In this document: piece after piece, positions 34,336 through 46,900 of the stretch
Position numbering within the stretch: the first letter of the stretch is position 1
Layout of the letters: every line of letters starts with the position of its first letter
Assembly (NCBI RefSeq): GCF_018350175.1
Contig: NC_058383.1
Span: 22,074,001 to 22,138,000, forward strand
DNA length: 64,000 nucleotides
Source: Felis catus
Taxonomy: Eukaryota
Direction: 5' to 3'
The notes under the pieces: model-generated
What the model saw: only the letters and a program-made list of their open reading frames with translations
What the model was told of the DNA's origin: nothing
The model's database searches: none
Made by a program: the position numbers and the translations under genes

Positions 34336-37300
34336 CTGCCAAATGGAAAGCAAACACATTAACATGGCATAAGAAGGAGACACGACCCACACCTGCCAGT
34401 TAGTGGGAAGCCGATGACATCTCATGGGCAGAGTCAGAAAGAGCCCTGTGCTGAGTTTTTTAGCAGGTGCATTGTGGCATACTACCCCTGGCTTTCATTT
34501 CACATTGTATGTTGTCTTCAGGAGAGAACATTTGGTGGAGATTGCCTAAGAAAAGAAATGAAACATGAATTTCTGTAAGGATTGCCATACAGTGGTATGT
34601 GTGTATGTGTGTGTGTGTTCAGTTTTCTTTGGCTTTGAGATGAACTGAATTGGAAACAACTTCTTACCACGCAAAATGCAATAGAACTAGTCATGGGGTA
34701 GGGCGTCCCGGAGAAAACCATCCAACAGCGACCCCTGTGGCTAGGAGGCTCCTTTCTTTAAAAAGGAGAACAGGTGCACCACCACTCAGCTCCCAAGAAG
34801 GTAGAGTGGCATGTAGGGACATCAGATGGCTGCCTGATGAAAGGAGCTGACCACTGTCCACCCCACATCCCCTGGTGCAATCTAGGCTTTGAAGGGATGC
34901 TCATAAATCCACCCACAGACTGGAATTTGGGTCTTCGTCAGCCACAGGCTCTCTCCAAGGACGTTTACAGCATGTATCTAGTTAACAAACTATAAGAAAC
35001 AAAACCCAAAGCTTAAAGTCAAGTCTGTAAGGGCAGCCTTAAAACAAACAAATATTCTATTCTGGTGAGTCTGAAATTTCTTTTTTTCTGGGGGGGGGGG
35101 CAATAATTGCAGTTTACTGACCACAGTTTGGGGCAATCTTTTCCAGGGAACATCAGAATGTGGGCTAATGACAACATCTCACAGCTGTATGATGTTCTCA
35201 CCTCCTCAGGGTCCTTCAGCCTATTGTTGTCCCCTGCAATTCTCACCACCCAAAGGCAGGGGAGCTGGAGTCCTCACCCTCCATGGTTTGACATATGAGA
35301 AAACTGGGGTGCAGGAAGATACAGTGACTTGCCCAAGGTTGTACAGTGGGTTAGTGATCTTCACTTGACCACACTGCTTTTAATTCACCTCAGCCCCTCT
35401 GACTGGGGGGGAAGCCTGATGGCTGGTTTATTACTGGATAGCCAAGAAGGCCAGAGTTTGCCTGGCAGAAGCCAGAGCTGGGTCAGATTGTAAAGAGGGG
35501 AGGTTCAGTGAGTACTGACTGATTTGCTGGAGTTTGGCCAATTGCCACCCATGCTTTAGGTTTAGCTCCTAATGGGTGCTGACTGGTAGGGTTTCTCATT
35601 GCTGGGCTCACGCCTCTTCGCCAAATACCTCCCACAAGAATTCCTTCTTTTAGGATGCTCCTTTGAGATGGGCAAAGTGTCCCTAGGAAGTTGCCACTTA
35701 CTCTTGTGTTGTATGTGTTGTGGTGTGGGAATGGGAAGCAGGGAGTATAAGCAACACACTCGAGGAAGTGTAGCCAGACTGCAGTGGGCACAAGATGTCA
35801 ATGGAGCTGTTTTCTAGACGGTGGGCCATCTCCTGCCATGTCCCACCCACTCTGCTTTGTCTTGTCCTGCCTGATGTCAGCCTGTCCTGTGCTGTCCCAG
35901 GCACTGCTGGTGTTATTTCCTGTGTTCAGAGAAAGCTCAAATGTCACCTCTTCCTAAGGGAAGTGCCTGTACATCCCTCTCTGGACCTACAAGTCATACA
36001 TTGGCACCCTTTTAATCATCTTCATTGCACTTACTTATTATCAGACATTGTCTTGTTTACTTATTGCCTCTCTCCAGGTAGGGAGGGTCCTTGCCTGTTT
36101 CTTCACTATGGTATTTCCAGTGCCAAGAATAATGCTTCGCACACCGCAGGCTGTCCACAACTATTTGTTGAGTGAATGAACCAGTCAATGAACGAAGACT
36201 TGACTAAGGATGAGCCTCTTTGCTTTTTTCCAATTTATACTTGTCCTTGAGTCAGAGACTACCCTCTATAGCAAAGCAATGAAACTGTTCCCACTGATCC
36301 TATGGGTCCCTCACATTGGCCTCTGTCCATTTTGAGCTGCAGTATGGATTGAACTGTGTTAGGTCCCTTCAAGGTCTGAGAGCTCCACGATGGTATGTGG
36401 GCGCCAAGAAGGCAGGCATTTGCCTCCTTTCAGGTCTCTCCTGGGAACATCGACCCCATCTGGCCTTCCCTGCCTTTGGGCATCCCTGGAGGTTCCCTTA
36501 CCACGAGCCCCAGCTTTCAAAGCTCTTCCCCATCTGTTGTGCTGGTGAGGTCTCGTGCTTCAAACAGCCACATGGTCCAAATAGAACCTGACATTCTAGA
36601 TTTTGTCTTCCAGGCAGATCCCCCTAGGAAATACCCCTGAATTTTACCCTAGAAGGTGGGAGAGGATGGGCCTCTCCTTTTTGGGTTGATAGCATCTGAA
36701 GCCACGTGAGCATAGCATCACTCATGCAAGGAGGGTTATCAATTCCACTAGCCTTCTATTGATTCCCCAAGAAGGCAATTATGGTCCTACCCTTCCTTAG
36801 AAGAGGAACAGGTGAGTGAGAAGTCTCAGAAATGCCAAGAGGGATCCTTGGCATACCAGCAGACAATTAGCCATGGCCAACACGGACTGTGTTTAGGTTT
36901 CTTTGGATTTTATTTAATTTCTTTTTAAACATTCTCTCTTAATTTAAGTTCTTTTGGAAGATCTCAGCTTGTCTCATCTAGAAGAGCCAGGCAGGGTCAA
37001 GCTGGGGGCAGTGTGCTGGCAGAACTGCATCTCCCTGAGGGCTGGAAAGGATGCCTGCAGGATGATAAACTCTAAGAAGCAAGACTCAGGCCTCAGAACT
37101 GAGCTGTAAAACCAGTTACCTCTCTCTCTATGGGGATCTGTCTCTGTTCAAATCTTGGTGATTTTGTGGTCTGTTCAAGCACGGAGACTGTGCCTTTGGC
37201 CTTCTGGAAGAAACCCACCCCGCTACCATCTAGCCCCTGTCCTTCCCCCCCACCCCCCCATTGCACTCGAGGAATGCCCCAGAAATCCGGGTCAAGAGAG

Positions 37301-37896
37301 CATTGCTGCGTTTCCTCCTTCAGCCTCAAACTATGGTCTGCAGAGAGAAAGATGGGCCCTGAAGACTTCTGATGACTTTTTCTTTCTTGTAAGAAGGCTC
37401 CACCGACTAACTCAGAGACTGGTTATGTCTAGACCACATCATGCTTTCAATCACTTATTTAGCGGCAGCGGCATCTGTAGGGCTCCCTACTGTGCTGCTG
37501 ACACCCAGCAGAGAGCCTGACACTCAGCTGGTGCTCAACAAATGCTTCCCAGATGAACGGAGAGTGGAATACATGGACGATGGCACAATGATGTGGAAAA
37601 ATCTTTCTTCCTGAATAAATTTGCAAAGTGTTGCCCGGAGATTACGTACGCTGAAAGCTCTGTTTCTTGGTCTTCCTTGTACTTAAAACATTGATAGAAA
37701 AGGAAACTGCAGGAACTCTGACCAAGGATCCCTCACTTCCACAGAGGCCTTTGTTGACCAGCCCTCAGCAAGGTGTGTTAGGGGAACAAAGACTTTGGCT
37801 TGAGTACCTCTTTCTGCAAACTATTAAACTATTTTGAAAAAATAATGGCAGCAATTTGGAAAATGTAGAGTGCGGTGTGTATATACAATATATTTT

Positions 37897-37923
37897 TTCT
37901 ATCTATCATCTTATCTATCTATC

Positions 37924-37967
<44 letters not shown>

Positions 37968-38003
37968 CATCTATCATCTATCTATAGCTACCTATCTACC
38001 TAT
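37897..38003. repeat. (TATC)n/GATA microsatellite
   Basis: Direct inspection. Confidence 0.95.
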
Positions 38004-39047
38004 CTTACATTGTTCTCTAAAGTTGTCTCAAATAATCTGTCAGTGGCCCAATGCTTCTGTATGGTTTTTATCTTCCTGACAGCATGTCCAAGGAAAGACC
38101 TGGTGACCCAACAGCCAGATGAAGGACCTCAAATAACTTGCCTGTTGGTGGGCATGGCTCAGAGATGCCAGCTATAGAGTGGAAAGAGTCTTGCACCGAA
38201 TCAGGAAACCTGGGTTTGCACCCCAGCTGACTGACCTTGGGCAAGTCACTTCCTCTCTCCAGATGCCAGTTTCCCCCACAATAAAATGGGGGTGGAGGGT
38301 TCCGCCCCAATTTCCCTCCTTCTCTAACTTCCTGAGCTCATCAGCTGAGACTTCAAGTTTGCCACACATGAGGTCCTGCAGCAAGGAGACGCGGAGGGCA
38401 GACAGGAGCGAGCCAGGGGCCTCTCTGCCTGTGCAAATCCAAAGCACGCTTTTCTTAAAGATGAGAAGTCTTACTTCAACGGCATTAGTCAAGTTTTTAA
38501 AGTTCTCCTGATGGTCTCTTAGAAGCCCTGGTGCTTCTGGAAATCACTCGACTTGTGATAGGAATTCTCTGTAGGGCTGCCTGAGAATAGAAGGAGGCAG
38601 TAGGCAAGGATGGGAAACACCCTGCTGTCCTCGTCCACTCAGGCAGAAACAGGATTTCTCCCACCCGAGGGCTTTCCTTGGCTTCTGGGGGCTCACAAAG
38701 CTGCTTGCAAGAAAGAATATTTAGTCCAAGCTGGGAGGAGTGGTGATTTTGATAAGAAAATCAAGATCTCCAGCCATGCTCCTAGCTGGCCCCTAAACTT
38801 GACTCTGGCTTTGAGCTCCGATATCGTTGGAAGCCTCAGCCAGCTCATCCCATCCCACTACAGGCCACCAGAAGTCCCTGAATGGTCCCCAGCCCTGGCC
38901 TCTCTGACCAGCTGAACCCTGGGGCTGAGGTTAAAATCTGGGTTTAGTTCCTTTCTGTCCCAAAGCCTGAGGAGCCCTGTTTTGTAGTTTGGGTCCACGT
39001 TTTTCAAAGAGCCGTTTTCTTGAAATAGCATTTCTTCTTTTTTTTTT

Positions 39048-39053
39048 TTTATT
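39048..39053 (-). terminator. PRKCB: Candidate proximal beta-II poly(A) signal AATAAA (a second candidate lies at 39699-39704)
   Basis: tttatt on +, about 1.17 kb after the beta-II stop. It runs straight into a genomic A-run. Confidence 0.45.
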
Positions 39054-40161
39054 GTATCTCGATGCTAGAAAAAAAATGGCACAGAACAGATATCCAGATA
39101 CAAATGGACATTTCCACAAACATCTTGCAAAACAACATCAAAGTGAAGAATACGACTGTCTGTGTTTCAGGAAATGGTGTCTTTCTCAGAGTGCTTATTT
39201 AGTTTCCCAAAACCAGCCACAAACCTAGGCGAATCCCTTCCACCCAGGCATGGGTCTGCCAGGCTCCAGAGCCGCCTTCTCGACAAATCAAAGCAGGTCA
39301 TTGTGGTTAATAACACTGGGACACATATTTCAAAGCATGTGTAACAAAGTGGGTTTTTTTTTCTTTTTGCGTTTGAACAACAACAGAAATAAAACCCCAA
39401 AGCAAATAAAATTTGAAATGTAATGTAAAACCACGGTCCTCTGGGACCTTGCTAGAGTGACCATGTCTTTTCAGGGAGTGGTGCAAATGCCCTTTGCAAG
39501 TAGTTTGAGGATGAAGGTGATCAGGGATGCAGAGGATCAGAAATCACAGCATTGGAGGTGGTGCCCGAGCTGGCTGCCTTTTGACTGACCCCTTGAGGTA
39601 CTTTTAGATTGAGACTGTCTAAAAGCACACTCTCGGCATTTTAAAAGGGCCGAGATAATCGTCTTAACTTTGAGTCTAAAAAAAATAACAAATAAAATTT
39701 TATTTTTAGCATGCGGCTCACGGTGCCTCCAAACCGGGCAGAATGGAGGGCTTCCCTCTAAGTGAAAGCCACCATATACTTGGATACACGCCAAGCTCTG
39801 GGTCCGGCAGGAAGGGAGAGAATACTGCTAGCGTCCGATCATCGACTCGCTTGGTGGGAATAATCTAGACTGGATGCTTGGAATTGGAAAAACGTGTGAA
39901 ATGGGAGCGCTGGAAAAAAGGGAGAGAAAGCAGGCATTTTCTGTCCCCACTGGATCTACTGAGCTGACACACTGGCGAAGTGGATTGTAAGAGGACTTTG
40001 CGAATGTGCTAATTATGCGGCAACATTTCGCCATGCCATCTGCATAATCCCATCTCACAGAGATGCTCCAAACGACCTGAGGACATTTGGGTTCTGAAAC
40101 ATGGTCACTCTAGTCTCGTCAGCAAATAAAACATGGATGCAACGTTGCAACGAAAAAAAGA

Positions 40162-40170
40162 TGTCACCAC
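40162..40170 (-). promoter_or_regulatory. PRKCB: Alternative 5' splice site closing a 216-nt beta-II exon (GTG|GTGACA)
   Basis: GT at 40167-40166 gives an exon of 40383-40168 = 216 nt, which is the beta-II exon size I recall from rodents. The donor is weak by consensus. Confidence 0.7.
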
Positions 40171-40224
40171 GATAGCCGTTGAGCTTGAATGACAGAAATG
40201 AAGGACGGAGGTCTACACATCTAC

Positions 40225-40383
40225 TTAGCTCTTGACTTCAGGTTTTAAAAATTCAGAGTTAACAAAGGAAAATCCTTCGAATTCTGATTGGTCAATATTC
40301 CTGATGACTTCCTGGTCAGGAGGTGTTAGGACGGGTGGATGGCGGGTGAAAAACCGGTCGAAGTTTTCAGCATTTCGCCCACA
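40225..40383 (-). CDS. PRKCB: PKC-beta-II terminal (V5) exon, [52 protein letters not shown]
   Basis: Hand translation gives 52 codons plus TAA. Acceptor ttcccctctcatag. Turn motif LTPP and hydrophobic motif FEGFSF. Confidence 0.97.
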   Translation of the reverse strand, partial: CGRNAENFDRFFTRHPPVLTPPDQEVIRNIDQSEFEGFSFVNSEFLKPEVKS

Positions 40384-41319
40384 CTATGAGAGGGGAAGAA
40401 AAGAACTTGTGGTAGGTGGAAAAACAAAAGCGAAAACAAAACCCCGAACAAAACAGAACCAAACAAAACTGGGCTGTGGTTTTCTCGGATCCCTTCCCTT
40501 TCGCCGCCTCAGAGAGGTGGTTTCAATGACCAGAAATGAGAGCAACAGAAAATGCAAAATTCTCATGACCTTTGGTACATGACCTTGGGCTCCCGACTTT
40601 CAGTTTCTAGGGCTCGTGAGCCGCCCCTGGGTGTCCCCTGGGCAGTCAGGAGCTGCATGGCAAAGGCATGAGATGGTGGGGCTGGTGACATGTGGCATGT
40701 TTCCCCCCCCTCCCCCCCGCAAGGCATCAGCCAGGCCCACCTGTTGAAAGAGATGGGATTAAGGTACCTGTGATGTTTCCTGTGGCACCAGATGCTAAGT
40801 CATGAGCCAGTTATACGTCACCTGGGAGATCCCAGTATTTAGCAGTGGATCCCTCAAAGGGCTGTCCTCTGGCTGCCAGTCAGGAACAACGTATGTTTCC
40901 AGCTCCAGAGATACAGGAATTTACAAACTCTAGTCCACGAAGACAGATCCCAAGACCTGGGTTTGGTTTCTGCAATTGCCAGCCAACCACGAGGCCTTGG
41001 TGAGCTGGGTGGGTCACTGACGCTTAAGTGCAAGATGCCAGCAGGCAAGCTCAGCCATTCTCTCTCCAAATGGGAATGGAAGGTGTGGAATGAAACACAC
41101 AGCAGTGCTTGGTGGGGCAGTTGGGATCGAGAGAGAAAAGCATGATCATTTCTCACCCATCCTGGGGTCCTCGGGCTGAATCAGAGTTGTAACGTGTGTG
41201 TATGTATGTGTGCGACTGATTCCCACCCAAACACTGGCACGAAGTTCTGGTATTTCGAACACAGTGTCTACAGGAGGCGACCACAACCTGACAACACAGT
41301 AGAAGCACTAGCAGTCATG

Positions 41320-41560
41320 ATGGCTAATATTCATTACACATTTGCTAAATGCCAGGCACCCTAGAATGCTCTACTTGCATTACCTTATTAAATCTTCCCA
41401 ATGACCCTACGAAGTGGGCATCATCCCTACTGGACAGATGAGGAAACTGGGGCCAGGGAGATTACGTAACTTGTTCAAGGTCACACAGTCAATGAATAGC
41501 AGAGCTGCAACGTGAGACAGGCCCCTCTGACGTCGGAGCCTAAGCTCCTGGCTCTGTTTT
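41320..41560 (-). mobile_element. MIR
   Basis: acagatgaggaaactgggg...aacttgttcaaggtcacacag core. Confidence 0.75.
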
Positions 41561-41755
41561 ACACGAATGGTTTGTCGGTTGATGAGTACGTGACTAAGTG
41601 GGGCAGGGGGGTGGGGGAGGGAGGAGGAGTCAGGGATGGGGATGATGAGGTCTCTGGTTTGAATGACAGTGAGAATGTGGTTATAGCAATCCCAGAGGCA
41701 GAGAAAATGGGAAAATTCGGAAGGACAGCTACTTCCGTTTGGACAGGATTACTTT

Positions 41756-41773
41756 TTTTTTTTAATATTTATT

Positions 41774-41819
<46 letters not shown>

Positions 41820-41978
41820 GGGGAGGGGCAGAGTGAGAGGGAGACACAGAATGGGAAGCAGGCTCCAGGCTCAGAGCTGTCAGCACACAGCCCGACGCAG
41901 GGCCCGAACCCACGAACTGTGAGATCATGACTGGAGCCGAAGTCATATGCTTAACTTACTGAGCCACCTAGATGTCCC
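41756..41978 (-). mobile_element. CAN-SINE (intronic, sense to PRKCB)
   Basis: Degenerate TSD tg(g/a)aca(g/c)gat(t/g)acttt. Confidence 0.93.
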
Positions 41979-42999
41979 TGAACACGATGACTTTGAGGGA
42001 CCAGGGAGGTTCCAAGAGATGACCCAAGGGGGTTAGAAGTACAGATTCTGGAGCTAAGGAGAGCAGTCTTAGAAAAAAAAAACAACTTAAAGTACAGAAC
42101 ATGAAAAGTGGGAAAAAGATAATAATAATAGTAATAAAACCCACTGAGCAGTTTCCAGGCAACCCGCACTGCTAAGGGTTTCACATACATCACCTCTTTG
42201 CTTCACATAACCACCCTGGGAGGTGGGGATCTGATTCCATGTGCCAGGGACAAAATTGCCCCTAAAACTGAGAGTGGGAAGAGGAGAACCGGAAGGGAGC
42301 ACTGTCAGGCAAGCGGGGGACTGAGGGAAGCCAGGGAGAAGGGCGTTGTCGTAGCTATCTCCAAGAGGTCAAGCAGGAGAAGTTGCAGAGAACAGGCCCC
42401 CCCACTCGGCAATTAGGAAGAGACAGATGAGAAAATGGAGAGCTGACACTGAGCCTGAGTCGCTGGCAGAGGGAAGGAAAGTTGAGAAAGTCAAGGAGTG
42501 CATATTTCCCCTTTGCTCCTTCAAGCCCTACAGTCAAGGGAAGCAGAGATATGGGGGGGGGGTGTGTGTGCATGGGACTCAGCTCTCAGATGGCCTCAGC
42601 TTCCTGCTTTGTTCCCGTCTGGGCAGAAGGCACCCACGAGGCCACAGCCTGCAGACTCTTACAGGGTGTGCGGAGGAGATCAGGACATCATGCGTGTGAC
42701 TGCTCCTGGGCACTGAGGAAGTGTCAATGCACCCCAGCTATAAGCATTATAACAAACTGATTTGTTATTCCAAGCTAAATTCTTTGAGCCCTGTTGATAT
42801 CTTTGCCTCGGGTCTCAGAAAACAAGAAGTGACCCCCCCCCCCCCCCCACCAATGCCCAGCCATGCAATCAGGACTTGGGATATGCTGTGCTGGCCAGTG
42901 TGGGAGGGGGGAGACTTTTGCCCAAAGAAGGATGGACCCTCAGCGCAGTGTGGTCAGGATTATTGCTCACGTTCTTGCATTGCTTATGCATTTGTTTTC

Positions 43000-43990
43000 A
43001 CTCAAGAGATATTTACTGAGTTCCTACTATATGCCAGACCCTGTGCTAATAGTAAATTATACAGAATCTATGCCTCATGGGAACCTATGTCCTACTGGGG
43101 AAGGAAGGCAATAAACACATAAAGAGAAGGGGAACTGTAAATGTAAATAGAGGTATCTTAATGTCAGTCAGAGGTAAGTGGTATTAAGAAAAATAAAGTC
43201 AGCTCAGTGATAAAGAGCAAAGAGAACACCATTTTCAAAAAAGTGGTTAGCTCTGAGGAGATGAGCTTTGAAGCAAGCCCTCAGTGAAGTAAGGACATTT
43301 GAACGTCTGGAGGAAAAGCATTCTAGGTGGAGGAAAGTGCATGTGCAAAGGCCTGGAGACAGGTGCTCGCTCGGCAGAGTCACTCAACAGCAGTGGGGCC
43401 AGTGTGGCCAGAGCAGTGACCCGGAGGCAGAGGATTTCCATCTCAGCTCGGTAAGAAGCCATTGCAGGATTCTGATCAGCCCACAGGCTCTGCTCATATT
43501 TCTGTGGGATCATTGGTGCCGCGTACAAAGTTGATGGACGGGCAAGGAGCAGGGATGCCAACCAGATGAGACAGGATAGTGCCTCAGAAGGAGGTACCTC
43601 TGGGATAGATGGAAAGGTGCATCTGGAGTGGGGGAAGGGGTGCAAGATTTGCTGATGGGTCAGACCAGCATTTCAGGACGAGAGGACTTGTCGGACCCTA
43701 CAGCTTTGCACTTGGGCTCCATGGTGAATGGGGGAAGGGGTAGAGAGCCTTCGGGGGGCAACGGGGCACTTGGTTTCCTGTTTGATAAGTCTGAGAGTCC
43801 AGTGGGGATGTCGAGGGTTGTAGGAGTCCCCTCATCTGTGGTGTGGGGACAGAAAAGGGGGCAGCAGCTAGACTGACAGCAGAGGCACTAGGGAGGGTTA
43901 GAAACTGGGTGTCATCATCCGGAGCAGAGAGACGGTGCATGGAGCTGGGGGGCAGAGCGTGGCAGGGACCGGTGGTTGGGAGTAAGGCAG
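43000..43990 (-). mobile_element. L2 remnant
   Basis: atatttactgagttcctactatatgccag and gcatgtgcaaaggcctgg motifs. Confidence 0.65.
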
Positions 43991-46900
43991 ACCTGCGAGG
44001 CTTCCTCTTTGGCCTGGGTGCTGGGACCCAAACCAGCCAGCATAGGAAGCACGTGAGCTGAGACACAGAATCTTCGGGGGCCGTTTTTCTTTAAAAGCCA
44101 TCAGTTTCCCATGCACACCAGAAGGGCTGCTGCTTTGCCGGGGCCTCCCCAGAGGCTGTGATAGGACACAGAGAAACAGCTTCCGGAGGCTCTGAGCCTC
44201 CCCCTTCCCTGCACTCCCCGCCACTCCCCCCCCCCCCACCCCTGCCTCAGAGAACAATGAAATCTTTAAGTGAGATAGCAGAGGGGACATGGAAAAACAG
44301 GGGTTAACCAAGGGGGCACAATACGGCGGGAGCGTGATTTTCCTGCTAATAAGCAGCTTACGGAGCTGGCAGATCACAGCCTCCCTAAGTGTTTCCGTGT
44401 TTTTCAAATGGAGCTGTCACTGCCCATTAGCTTCAGGAGCGCTCCCTAAATGGAGACGTCAGCCCTGGGGAGGCACAGCCTGGAGGGCTCTGAGCCTGCT
44501 GTGTCCTTGGAGAACGTGCTGCTCTGCGGCTGTGATCCAGTGACACGCGCAGCGTGGACCACACCTGTTTCTCTGGCTGCCCTGGCTGGGTACTTCAGCC
44601 TCACTTAGCTACTGAAAGAAAACCCACCTCCCTTGTGGCCAGGGCACCACTGGAGCTCCCGGAACCGTGCCGGGGACCCAAGCCAACATGGTTATTTAAA
44701 TCACAAGGCGCCTCTTTCCAGGGTGGGAGAGGAGAGCAATAAGGATTTTGACTTGTTGTTCAATTGTGCCTCTGAATCTGAGAACCTAGACAGTTTGAAA
44801 AGCTTCTCTGTGAGCTGCTACATGTGAGCTCTTCGCCCCCCACCCCTTCTCTTCTTTCTAATTTCTGTTTCATTGTGTTAATAACAGCTCCGGGTCTGGC
44901 TGTCGAAAGTGGAGTTGGCTTAGTCATAGCAGCAAGACGGATCTTTCAGATGCCAACCTGGATATGTCATTTCTCTGCAGTGGCTCCCCCTTGCCCAGGG
45001 CCTACACTGCTCAGCAGGGCTCACAAGGCCCTGGTCACCGGGTCACTAGCCTCTCAGTGCCCATTCCCCCACCCCAACACGCCCTCCAGCTGTACTCGGT
45101 CCCCGGGGTTCCCAGAACACTCATGCACTCTGTCACTGCCCAGCCTTTGCAATGAGCTGTCTCCTCTACCTGGGGGGGGGGGCACAGAACACCTGCGTCC
45201 AACCCCCCCCCCCCAAACCAGAGCATTTCCTACACATCTTTTTCCTCTCCAGACAGATGTCACTTCCTCCAGGAGACTTTCCCTGGACCCCTCCTCTATA
45301 TGCCTGGGTTTATCCCACCAAGATATAAGATGTTCATCAGACAACTGGTGGGGGAGTGGGGGGGAAGAAAGTTGACATCAAACTATCCACCAATAGGGAA
45401 AAGAAGTTAAATAAGTAATGATACATCTATTTGATGTATTATAATGCAACACACTTTTAAAAATTAAAAGGAGATGTAGAAGAATATTAAATGGCATAGT
45501 TACATATAATTACTAGCTGCATACAATATGTTCCCATTCTATAAATTATACACACAAATGTGTGTGCTTACAGATATTGTATATTGTCTATGTGCATATA
45601 AAGACCAGCAAGTTACAGACTGCTTACTTTTCTCCTTTATCTCTTCTGCTTGTGTGTTTGAAAATTTAAATGACAGATTTTTTTTTAATAAGAAAAAAAC
45701 CCACAAAAGCTCATTTAAATGAGGGAGCTATTGCCATTTTGAGGCCTTGGTGCTTCTTCTGCTGGAGGTGTGTTAAAGCATTGGAGATATGATGGCACAC
45801 AAGAGGATCCCTGTCCTTGTCATCACGGAGCTTGTGGTCTAGCAGGAGACAGACACACACACAGGCCACCACGTGGCACCATGTGACAACTGGGGCCATT
45901 AAGCACAGAAGTGAGGCACCTAAGAAGGGCCAGGAAGACTTTCTGGAGGAGGTGACATCTAAGTTGAGTGCGACCAGAAAGAAAGACACCAGGGGAACCC
46001 GGCCTCTATCAAGACAGCAGGAACCCAAACTAGAAGGTCACACTGAAAATATACATAAGCCATACAGCCTGGGCAAAAAGACAAAAGAGTATTCTTTTTT
46101 TTTTAATGTGCAAATTCAATGAAATTCTGGGTCCTTTTCATGCCTTACAGACAGTTCTCCGCAGCAGGACAACACAGGAGGGCCCCACCCAGTGAGAAGC
46201 AGTCAGTTAAGCACAGAGCTGTAAACACGTTGGATCATTTTTAAGTCGTTTGTGTACCAAGGTTTCTCTCCCCAGCAGAGTCAGACAAAATACAGCATAG
46301 AAAGAAAAGAAAGATTAAAGCTCCTTTGTCTGCAAAGAGTGAAGATTCCTTACAATCGGGGTGTCTGATCTCTTGTGTCTATTTAGTTAGAAGGAAGTCA
46401 GCAAGAGAAGGGGCTTTTGCACTGGGTAGCGAGTTTGGTGTTTTGTTTTATCTAAAAATAAGATGCAATGCTTTCTTTTCCTCCAGATTTTGGTCTAAAT
46501 GCCATCGCCTCAGAGGAGCTGTTCGGGATCACCTCCGGACAAAGTAGGACCTCCAATTCTCCCTTCCTGTCAATTCTCCTTCAGGGCATCACTTTCGCAC
46601 AGGAAATAAAAATACCCAAATAGCCCAATCTCTATTACATGTTTATTTCTTTACTTCTCTGCTGATGAATTATATTCCCATCTAGACTGTAAGCCCCACA
46701 AGAGCTGAAGTCACACCATGGCCTTCCCAGGACACAGGACAGGTTTTGGCACACAGCAGGCACTCAATGTTGTCAGACGGATGAGTAGCAGTGCCTATTA
46801 AGTACATATAAGCCCGATATTGTTTAAGTACTTCATAAGCAGTATCTCATTTAATCCAATGGTTCCACGATGTCTCTGCTGTACAGCAAGGCTTAAGTAC

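Noticed and set aside
34336..34425. N-terminal extension of the beta-I ORF, and similar extensions at 58321-58368 and 63365-63445/63554-63616
   Set aside because: Intronic sequence outside clear AG/GT splice sites.
40232..40582. 116-aa plus-strand ORF
   Set aside because: Antisense shadow of the beta-II exon with no independent support.
44824..45375. 183-aa ORF, and other 100-170 aa intronic ORFs
   Set aside because: Overlap L2 remnants or GC-rich intron, have no recognisable domains, and often use non-ATG starts.
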